Origin: Octopus bimaculoides
Lineage: Eukaryota
Length of the DNA stretch: 40,093 nucleotides
Direction: 5' to 3'
Assembly (NCBI RefSeq): GCF_001194135.2
Contig: NC_068981.1
Span: forward strand, 151,890,556 to 151,930,648
Under the pieces are notes generated by a model. It made no database searches, was not told the origin of the DNA, and saw nothing but the letters and a program-made list of their open reading frames with translations. The translations under genes and the position numbers were made by a program. Below, piece by piece: positions 12,202 through 21,799 of this stretch. The first letter of the stretch is position 1. The number at the start of each line of letters is the position of its first letter.

Positions 12202-13050
12202 CCATAAAAACTCATGTAATTTGCGCACCTGTGTAATTTATGCAGGTGATTTCCAGGTTAAAAATTGTTGAAAAAAGTCTCTACTTATGTAAAATTTGCA
12301 CCCAAAAGTTTTCAGAATTGCCAATATGGCCAGGGGAAAAAGGCTTTCAATTTAGTTGTAAGTAAAATTATGCTAAATACAACTAAACTGAAAGCCTTTT
12401 TCACCTTTATCTGTTAGATTTTATTAAATTTTCACTAAATAAAAATAATTTCTGTTTAACAGGTATCATATTAAAAGCTATTAAATTACAAAGTGTTTGT
12501 GTTGTTTATAATAAACTTTATTTTATATTTCTTGCCCGCAAGAGATTATGTCCAATCTTTAGCATATTGTTGTATGTCTTCTCAAATCACAATCACAGGA
12601 AAAGTTGTTGATAAGAATTATCAACAAAAACAGAGCTGATAAATACGCACAGGTGTTGCAAATTAAGTTTAGTCACCAATAAACACTAGCTTGGATGACA
12701 TTTTACTCAACCAAGTAAAATATGGAAAATATGGCCCAGACCATGGTTACCAGCATGAATGTCAGACTTCAAAAAGTAGTTAACCATTTAATGGTTTTAG
12801 TAAATGTATACAGAAAAAGTAAACATTATAACATCCAGCATAAATAAACGCCAACTTTACATTTAAGCCCTTATTTTTTCTGTAAAAACCTGTTCTGGCA
12901 TTAAAGGAGTCAACATCTGGTATGAATGTTTAAGTTTCGTACATCTTTTCCCAACAAAAAATTTCTAAAAAAATTCTATAAAGATCTACTCATGAAGTTT
13001 ATATTTATTTTTGTGGGGAAAAAATGCATAAATTACATGGGTTTTTATGG
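12202..13050. mobile_element. Non-autonomous Tc1/mariner (pogo/Tigger-like) DNA transposon, about 850 bp
   Basis: TIRs CCATAAAAACTCATGTAATTT (12202) and its inverse (13030-13050) match 20/21. TA flanks both ends (12200-01 and 13051-52). Subterminal repeats of TGTAATTTGCGCACC are present. Confidence 0.85.
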
Positions 13051-13410
13051 TATACAGCAGTCATTAGATGCTATCACTTTCAGTGCTAAATGTGAGTATG
13101 AAATGAAAATTGAACAAGAAGGAACAACTGTAGTCTAAGTAAAGAGTAAAATAAGTTAAAGGAATTAATTCAAATAGGCCAATGCTATGAACTTAGATAA
13201 TAAAGTTGAGAGATGATGTACTGAATGCCATACAAGCACAAGACCAATTATATTGATAATGAGAAAAAAATTATTAGTGTTAATGATGATTTTTGTCAAG
13301 GAAAGCATTTCATTTCGGTTAACTACCTAAAGTGTATTATTTATAATTAAATGTTTTAGTCTTTTACTAGTTTCCAACTCAAGGGCTGCAGCTATATCAG
13401 GGCATCACCT

Positions 13411-14153
13411 ACATTTAACATTGATATATTGTAATATAGGTATGTACAATTATATTTAACACATTCCTGTGCACTCAAATGAGGAAAAGCCTTCACTGTG
13501 AAAATTGTGTTTGAAAGAGAAATTCTCCTTATAAACAAGTTGCATGATAAACACATAACTGGGCTGTGAATGATGCCACCAGTCTGTAGAATACATGTTT
13601 CTACATCGTTGTGCCTCAATCAGCTACACACAAGTAATCCATGTCCTATGGTCTGATGACAATACTCATAACTTAATGGTTTGTTTCTTCACACACATTG
13701 TCTATAAGTAGAATTTTTCTTCCAAGACAACTGCAGCAAAGGTCTTTCCCATTTGAGAATATATATGTGCTAAATATAATTCTACATACCTATATTTCAG
13801 TCACCACTGCTAAATGTGCCACTACTTAATTAATTCTAGCTTGAGAAAGCATTGTATGCATCAGTAAATTTATCATTACTCCTTTAAATATAAGAACAGC
13901 AGTCCTTAGAAGGCTGTAGATGATGGATTTGGTGCATGTAGCTAACGAAGTGTAACTATATAGAAATATGTGTCCTACAGTCTAATGATCTCATTCATAG
14001 CCTAGTTACATGTTTTTTTCACACATTGTCTTTAAAGCAAATTTTCCTCTCAAAATAATTTCCACAGCAAAAGCTTTTCCCGTGTTTAAATTAACATGAA
14101 TGTATTAGATTTAATTTTAGATATATATTTTAACCAACATCATTGAATGTGCC
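13411..14153. repeat. Foldback/MITE-like palindrome with one left arm (13411-13628) and two right arms (about 13630-13822 and 13940-14153)
   Basis: 13433-13458 matches the reverse complement of 13771-13796 at 25/26. Arm interiors align at roughly 70% by eye. Confidence 0.75.
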
Positions 14154-14204
14154 TTTAGTTAATGTGTGTGTGTGTGTGTGTGTTATGGTTGTTGTTCACA
14201 CTCT

Positions 14205-14365
14205 CTCACTACTCAACCCTAAAAGAACAGATCTATGGTCAAAGTATTCCCTCTATAACCATTCTATCCCTATGCCAGGCATAGCTAGGACTACATTATT
14301 TAATGTCTCCTTTTTGTAAGACAATAAGTTGTGACTTGAAAAAGATTTAGCTGCTATATTTCATT
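14205..14365 (-). repeat. Dispersed repeat family 5 (other copies at about 18085-18270 -, 22555-22690 +, 28985-29190 -, 31535-31740 +)
   Basis: Shared GAAATAGCAGCCAAAT...CCCTACTGTCTTAAAA...GATAATGTAG-like core; copies are diverged. Confidence 0.55.
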
Positions 14366-14484
14366 AAAGCTCCCCATTAGCTCAAGCTAGTTATATTATA
14401 TCTATCAGGAAAACAAACATCTGAGTAATGCTTCTATAATGTATCTGCAAACAATTTTTACTCCAGTAAACTAAAAGATTTTTT

Positions 14485-14860
14485 GTATACAATATTAATA
14501 ATTTATTTTAGCTTGAAAGAATTGTTAGTGATTGATAGCTACACCTGTTATAATTCACAAATCAGGTTGCATACATTAGTCAACTACTAGTTTTCAATAT
14601 CAGCTCTTAATAATTCTTATACTACTCGTTACCTGATGAAGAAGTTTGCACATGTGGTTCGGCAAAACTCTCTGGCTGCTATGCAGTCTGACTATATTTG
14701 GCATGATGCCAGACAACCTGTAAATTAATATCTCTTATTTTAATATAGCAACATCTTTGCTAACTAACATTCAAGACTTTGTGAATTATATCAGGTGTAG
14801 CTATCAATCATTAATATAACTTTCAAGCTAAGATAATTGTTGATATCGCATATACAATTT
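14485..14860. mobile_element. MITE with long (about 80 bp) terminal inverted repeats
   Basis: 14525-14560 matches the reverse complement of 14779-14814 at 34/36. 14508-14519 matches 14820-14831 at 12/12. A homologous left half lies at about 16805-16965. Confidence 0.8.
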
Positions 14861-14898
14861 ATGAAGTTAGCCAGCATGGAAAAACAGACATAGAAAGA

Positions 14899-14932
<34 letters not shown>

Positions 14933-15321
14933 GGTGATGATGATGATGATGATGATGACGACGACGACGACGATGAGGATGATTATATTGATAACAATGA
15001 TGATAACAACAAGGACAACTATTTAGCTTGAAAGTTATAAACATAAAATATACAATACAAATTGCTCTCTTGCCCCCCCTATATATATATATATATATAT
15101 ATACATGCATGTGTGTGTGTGTGTGTGTGCGTGTGTGCGTGCGTGTGTGTGTGTATGCATATATACACATATGTAAATATGTATGTAAATTACCTTTTAT
15201 ATTTATTGATTTTTTCTTCAAAGGTAGTTGAGTTTATATTGAAAGTTGATTGAGTGGAAATGATTGTCATATTGTCTACTGAGTACTTAATGTCCCTTTT
15301 GTAAATCTAACATGATTTTAC

Positions 15322-15373
15322 TAGTTCGTTTATGTAGTGTACCGTTTTGGAAAATAGGATTAAATTGTTTCCT
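15322..15373 (-). CDS. Weak candidate exon, (E)GNNLILFSKTVHYINEL
   Basis: Acceptor ttttaatcaatttgcag, weak donor gtaaaa. Its phase-2 start is compatible with 18522-18588. Confidence 0.15.
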
Positions 15374-16317
15374 CTGCAAATTGATTAAAAGCTAGAGCTC
15401 ATATAAGAAAATCATCATTATGAGAAGAGTTGTTCTTATATGCAGATGAAATAAACACCCAAACAAAGAAGAAAAAATAAAGAAATAAGCAAAATCTGGA
15501 ATGAAATCTATTATGAAAGCATTGTTTCAAGAAATTAGATTTAAAACATCACATGTGAAAACAAAGGGCATTGAAGACATTAAGTCTTGAAGATGTATTG
15601 TGTGTTTTTTTCATTTACCATTAACTCATAAAATTGATTTTATTGACTTCATCATTCCTCCAATGAAATAATTAGTAACATTAACAGTAATACAGCAAAT
15701 ATAGCATTTGTAATAGATAATATGTAACAAAATTTTACATTAAGCTTTGTGAGATCTCCCATGGTTGTTTCTTAGATAGACAAGAAGACTTAACCCAACT
15801 ACTTGACCAGTTCCAGAAGGCTCTGAATGAAAGCATACTAACCTCTACATAATTAAAGGAGAAAGTGGAACAAATTGTAATATTACAGAAGTAAGTAATT
15901 GACAGAAATGGTAAGTGCATTGAATAAATTGGTCAGTAATATTTAGTTTGAAACCCTCGTGTGCTGAAGTAAATTTTGCATGATGCAATAAAATAAAGTT
16001 CTAACCCAGTGGGGTCATTGTACTATTCCCATAAAAGATCCCAGATGTGAATTGAATTATAATAATATGTCTTATAATATGCAACATCAAGACCAAATTA
16101 TGAAAGGGACACCATTAGTTTTCCCAGAAATGGAAGATTTGAAGTAATTTATGCTTGTCCAAAATGTATGAAGATCATACATTTTGGACAAGTAGAAACT
16201 GCTTCAAATTTAACTTACAATTCTATACAATATTATAAGGGGATATTAAAGCAATCAGCTTACAAGGCCTTTAAATGGTATTTCCAGATATCTCAGAAGT
16301 ATCCGAATTAAAGTCAT

Positions 16318-16485
16318 GGTAGTCAGAATCCTTAAAGCTTTAGACAAAATGCTTTCTGGTTCAATTCCTGTTAAGGCCAACTTTGCCTTACATTCTTTTG
16401 GGGTTAAAGGATTAAGTATTAGGGTCAGTGAAGTCAATCAGTTTCTCCCCTCGAAAATGCTGGCCTCATATCTAAATCAGAAATA
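16318..16485 (+). mobile_element. SINE family 3, highly diverged
   Basis: GTCAGAATCC...AAAATGCTT...GGTTCAATTCC...GCCAACTTTGCCTTACATTCTTTTGGGG. Confidence 0.6.
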
Positions 16486-17764
16486 TATTATTTAGTGTTA
16501 AAAAATGGTAAAAGGGAAAAGAATTGTATAAGTACTTTACCAGACAATTGAAGTTAAAGCTATACATTCTTGAATATCAAAAAGCAAGAAAATACACTTT
16601 CTTACAAGGAATTATATGAAATATTACTGTTTGAAGAATTTCCATTATGTCTTGTCGTACTCAGATGTTATTTGATAAACATTTATGAAAACACGGTTAT
16701 TGTCCTTGACAGTAATTTCGACAGCATTTAACTTGTAATTGAGCTCTGTCTATTTCTTCACTAGTTTCTCCATATTTTTATGTCATATAAACTCTTTTCA
16801 ATATTTCATATCAACAATTACCTATGTTTGAAGGCTTATTAGTGATTGGTAACTACATCTGTTATCATTCACAAATCAGCTTGTACACATTAGCAACCAC
16901 TCTGTTTTAAGAAATATCATAGGACAGGCAACATTTTGATTATCTTTGATGAACAAATTTGTCACAGCATTAATTACAATTGAAAGCTACATAGCAGAAA
17001 GCTGTGATTAAGGCTACTTATAGACTAAAGGCTATGGTGTTCCTGTGTTAATGCAAAACTTAAATTAATGTACAAGTAATTGATATTGAATATTTACAGT
17101 AAGGAAGCAAAGTTGCAAAAGCATAAAACTGATGATAAAGACAATCATTTCTGCAACAATATACTTAATGTACATCACGAGTTCAATACAATCCCTCATT
17201 TACATTCGCTTATGATTCTGTCATCTTTATTTCTAATCCACAAATTTCCAAATCATACAACAGATCCTACCTACTTTGAATTTGGAGGGCTTGTCATTGA
17301 TGAAGAAAGATAAATAAAAATAGTTTTAATAAATAATATACACCTAATCATTATTGATATAAATAAATTATTAGCTTTACCCGTATCATGTTGAAAGAAA
17401 TTATTCCCCTGTCTTATCATAATCTATATATGTAAACCGAAGAATCTATTACACTTCATCTGTTAAGGCTTGTATTACTCCATGACCTTTGATGGAAACT
17501 ATATCTTTAATATGGTTGAGAAAACTTGGCAGCTTTAGAAAGAAAAAAAATTCTGGCTTACATTTCTAATACCTAACCTACAAAATTTATGCTGATACTT
17601 TACACCTGTTGTAAATAACTATCAGTTTCAAATAGCTAACAGTACCAGATCTTCTACTTAGGCTAGACAATGAAGTACATGTTGGATAATGAAGACATTA
17701 TAAATATAAGAAAGATTGTATAAATTAGACAATATTACAACACATTTTACTGAGTATCCCATAT

Positions 17765-17946
17765 TTAACCCTTTTGCATTCAGATCTGTCAAACCTAATG
17801 CTTTTGCAAGCTACCAAGTTTTTGATAATGTGATTGTTTCTTGTTAGAATTACATTATAGGGTAAGTGTGAAAGGCTCTGACCAGTTTGAACATAAGACA
17901 GAATATTTTAGGCTAGACATGGCTTGTATAAAAGTTAATGGGTTAA
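17765..17946. mobile_element. piggyBac-like MITE with TTAA target-site duplication
   Basis: TTAA|CCCTTTTGCATTCAGAT ... TATAAAAGTTAATGGG|TTAA. CCC...GGG termini inside TTAA are characteristic of piggyBac; the TIRs are degenerate. Confidence 0.7.
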
Positions 17947-18521
17947 GGTACATTTTAGATATTAATATAATGTTAAATACTGATTTACATTAATACATAA
18001 ATAGTACACATGCAGGAATATTTAATCAAATGATTTGATTTATTTTATTCTCAACTGTTAATGTTGTTGCTACTTGGCTTCAAGTCAAACCTGATCAAGT
18101 GGACCTAAAGGCCTTTCAACCATGACTATCATTGTTTTTTTACTTTTTTGGGATATGTAGGTCTACATTATCTGATAATTTTTTTTTTTTTTTTTTTGAA
18201 AATGAAGAGGTGTGGGAAAAGAGCAATTTGACTGTTATTTCTAACTGTTCAATAACTACAGAGAGACTTCTTTATTGACCTAATTATTTCAGATTATGGA
18301 ATTTATATTTGCTTTGAAAATACTTTTTAATGATTTTAAACTGGGAGATTTAAAATGTATACTTTTATATTTATGGATTTCTCTACAGAGGAACGTCAGG
18401 ACATTTACATATTGAAACCTTACTGTACCCTCTATATGTTAGTTAATAATCATTCAACTTAATCTATCATTCAAAGCTTAACACCCCCACATATCCCTTG
18501 AGTACCTTTAGTGAAACCTAC

Positions 18522-18588
18522 TCTGTTGCAAGCGTTTGGATCTGATTTACAATCTGGGGATAAATTCCTCCCAACCGTCTAGAAAGCC
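18522..18588 (-). CDS. Candidate internal exon, (G)LSRRLGGIYPQIVNQIQTLAT(E/D)
   Basis: Acceptor tctgttttag, donor GA|gtaggt, 67 nt with an open frame, and two CpGs retained in a CpG-poor region. Confidence 0.4.
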
Positions 18589-18669
18589 CTAAAACAGATC
18601 ATGATCATTACTTTCTTCCACTTTTCTTTTATTTGTTTTTAACACCTATTTTTTTTTTATCATAACTAG

Positions 18670-18795
18670 CTTGGAACTGAGCAAGCAAGGGAGCCTCTAT
18701 ACAAGGGGTTGGAAAACTTAAGTGCTGAAGAAGTATTACAAGTGCATAAGAATCTGTGGTGGTTAATATGCGATGAGAAAATTAAGAATTTTTAA
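18670..18795 (+). CDS. Alternative candidate: plus-strand terminal exon LGTEQAREPLYKGLENLSAEEVLQVHKNLWWLICDEKIKNF*
   Basis: A very long pyrimidine tract ends in actag, followed by an open phase-0 frame. A phase-compatible upstream candidate lies at 18389-18437. This conflicts in strand with the minus-strand set. Confidence 0.2.
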   Translation, partial: LGTEQAREPLYKGLENLSAEEVLQVHKNLWWLICDEKIKNF

Positions 18796-19013
18796 TTTTA
18801 TTAATTCATAAGTATGCAATTTATATTAAATTACTACTTGGTCTTATATTAAATTACTGTCTCCAATTATATCATATTCTAACTAATTATGATGTTCTAT
18901 TACCAGCTATTTTTTAATTTGAAAAGCTATTCCTTATCAACTTCTTTATTGATAAATAAGGAAGAATAAGAATATTCTTAGTAAGAAATATCCCATCCTA
19001 TCATTAGCCATAC

Positions 19014-19110
19014 AAATAAAAGATTATCTTCATTGATATCACATGGAAGAAGACTATCCTGCCATTTTTCATAATCAAGAAGTGAATGTTCAAACTTGGT
19101 TTTTATATAA
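19014..19110 (-). CDS. Candidate internal exon, YIKTKFEHSLLDYEKWQDSLLPCDINEDNLLF
   Basis: Long pyrimidine-rich acceptor ending ttgcaaag, donor TTT|gtatgg, 97 nt open. Its phase-2 start matches 20441-20591. Confidence 0.4.
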
Positions 19111-19236
19111 CTTTGCAAGTGGAAGTAACAGATAATAAAAATGTGAAACTTTGACTATAGTTGAGGCTCCTCACTTCTTTTCTATGTAATCACTTGACCA
19201 ATTAGGTGTAAGTGCCAAATTTTCCTAAAAGAACAA

Positions 19237-19980
19237 CCGAGATGTGGTCAGAGTGATGAAACTGTTCTGCATGCACTCGTGCAGTGTCCAACCATTTCTG
19301 ACCTGTGGGCTTATGTCAAATGACTGCTATTGCATGTGGGACGAGTTGGTTTATCAGCCTAGTCTATCATCAATACTGTCACGCCTCCTTCCTTCAAATG
19401 GGAAGGAAGAGCCATTTTTATTGGACTTGTGGCTATGGCAAAAGAATGTGAATGGTGGACGCATCTGAAAGGCCTAGAGACAAACACTTTCCTCTCCGGT
19501 CAATCTCTCATCAACTTCTTGAAGTATCACTTGAAAAGGGAGGTGAGAGTAGAGAGGGAAGTTTTGTCTAGCGAATGTTTCAATAAAAGATGAGTGAATT
19601 TAGCAAGGAAGGCACATGTGAATGACGGAGCCACCTTGAACATAATCCTATGAACCAGAAAAAGAAAGGAAAAAAGAGAGTAACTTACTGTAATGTGTTT
19701 TTGTATGATATTATTGCCCAGGTTTACTGTGATCTTTTCCATAGGCTTTTATTTCCACGGATAAACCTAATCTGTTTTTTTACATTTATAATATTTTCTG
19801 TGATACACGATCCTTTTTGATCAGCTTGTTTTTTGGGTTTTTTTTCACAATCCCTTTTGATCGGAATTTTATTTTTCTCCTTTTTTTCCTTTTTTCAAAA
19901 GGAAAAGCTCTACATTGTATTTTGTCCCCTCTGTGTTCAGCCATGCTATTAAAAGTTAATGATTATACACTTTTGCAGTG
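19237..19980 (+). mobile_element. 5'-truncated L1/Tx1-clade LINE: ORF2 C-terminus with CCHC knuckle plus 3' UTR
   Basis: Frame 19237-19653 reads PRCGQSDETVLHALVQCPTISDLWAYVK*...IIL* (Cx2C-x7-H-x4-C knuckle with the first C truncated) and has three internal stops. The T-rich 3' UTR end is approximate. Confidence 0.8.
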
Positions 19981-20440
19981 AATACTGGATATAAATTTTA
20001 TGTCTTTTGCAGTACTGCAGAATAAAGATTTCATTTAGAGAAGCAGAAAAAATTTAAGGTATTGTTTTTCTTGTTTTAGAAGCTAAAGTAATTTGTCTTA
20101 GGGTTAATATAAATTGGCTGATGGTCCATTTAGTTCTGTTCAATTCTGCACAAAAATATGATGTACAAACAGTAAGTTCATAATTGACTTTTTAACTAAC
20201 TAGTTCATGCTTGCGGTTTATTTTATTTATCGTCTGAAAACTACTAAAACCAAACTGAGATTAAAATGGTCTAATTTTAAAATTTATAATTCCCTGAATT
20301 TAATTCCTTAAACAATATGACACAAGATTTGATTCTAAGAAATTACAAAGACAGAAATGTCACAGTTACATATTTCACAAAATAGTATTTTGCTACCAAG
20401 TGTAACCCCTTTAGTGAAATGATTCTGTACACTCACTTAC

Positions 20441-20591
20441 TGTTTTACATTCTGAATAAGTGTTAGTGGTGGTTTTATAAAAGGTGGTGGTGCTGCTATA
20501 GGAAGTGGTGGTGTTATAGGAAGTAGTGGTGATATTTTCAGTGGCATTGGTGGTGGTGGCCTTAATGATTTGTAATTCACATTTTCATCAA
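20441..20591 (-). CDS. Candidate proline-rich exon, (V)DENVNYKSLRPPPPMPLKISPLLPITPPLPIAAPPPFIKPPLTLIQNVK
   Basis: Consensus donor CA|gtaagt and 151 nt open. The acceptor is weak, and a Thr-rich frame is also open. Confidence 0.35.
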
Positions 20592-20702
20592 CTTTCCAAC
20601 ATAATCAGAGGCCAGGTCATTGACCTTAGAACTAACAAATTGACTTCCCATTTTTTCACTAACCTTTATCTAAAAATCACAAACAACACTTAATCTTTCA
20701 CA

Positions 20703-20889
20703 TCACTCTTTCACCAGTTTATCAATTTCTTCTTCATCGTCAAAGTACAACAGAAATATTCCTAGTACCTAAAATGAGACATTCTTGACCTTTCTAATAA
20801 TTACCTTATCTTTGCCTTCTCTAGTGTTTCTAAATATTTCATAATTCTTTATAGTCAACATTTCATAATTCTTTTCTTGTGAGTTATGA
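20703..20889 (-). CDS. Coding-like segment: HNSQEKNYEMLTIKNYEIFRNTREGKDK (20805-20889) plus VLGIFLLYFDDEEEIDKLVKE* (20703-20768)
   Basis: Acceptors ttaatttcag and tctcattttag and donor AAG|gtaatt. The two parts are separated by only 36 in-frame nt ending in TAG. Confidence 0.25.
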
Positions 20890-21205
20890 CTGAAATTAAT
20901 TGCAGGATGAAAATATTCTTCATTTTGGTTGAATGAATTTGAAATACAATGTAGATTATTGCTATAAAGTTACAAATTTAATTTCAGGGCTTATCTAATA
21001 GCCTGAGTGCTCATTTTGTTAGTTAACTAACATACATTCAAGAGCACAGAAAGCATCTGTACAAAAAAATAGATTTCACTAAAGGTACTCGGGAGACGTA
21101 TGGTGGTGTTATGCTTTGAATGATTAAGTTGAATGATTAATAACAAACTGATGTAAAGAAGACACAGTAAGGTTTTAGCAAAAAACCTCCTGAAGGCTGT
21201 GAGCA

Positions 21206-21410
21206 GGTAGAATCATTAGCATGCCAGGTGAAATGCTTAGCAGCATTTTGTCCATTTTCATATTCTGAGTTCAAATTCTACCAAGGTACACTTTGCCTTT
21301 CATCCTTTCAGGGTGAATAAGATAAGTACCAGTTGAGAACTGGGGTCAATGTTATTGACTTAACCCTCCCCCAAAATTGCTGGCCTTGTGCCAAAATTTG
21401 ATATCAAAAT
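21206..21410 (+). mobile_element. SINE family 3
   Basis: GAGCAGGTAGAATCATTAGCATGCC...TTCTGAGTTCAAATTC...GCCTTTCATCCTTTCAGGGTGAATAAGATAAGTACCAG. Confidence 0.85.
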
Positions 21411-21799
21411 GTAAATGCCCTGACATTCCTCTATAGAAAATCCCTTAAATATAAAAGTATACATTTTAAAACTCTCAATTTAAAATCATTAAAACATCTT
21501 TTTAAAACCATTTTAAAACTCCTTTTTTAAAATCATTAAAAGTATGTTCAAAGCAAATATAATATTTTGTTGGTGAACCACCACACACTTAAGATCACAA
21601 AAAGTTGTGGACTCGATATTTATACAGTTTCAATGATATTCATCTTCCTATCATATGAAACATTACTGTAAGTGATTGGCCCAGTGGAAATATGTGCAAA
21701 TATCCAATGATGCTGTTGTTTGCAAATTCATGCAACAATAAAATCTCTAATCTGTCTACACGTGCTAAATAAATATCAACAGCAAACACAAAGCTTTCT

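Noticed and set aside
17080-17313. 77-aa plus-strand ORF
   Set aside because: TTG start, no recognisable motif and no donor; the length is within chance for 40 kb.
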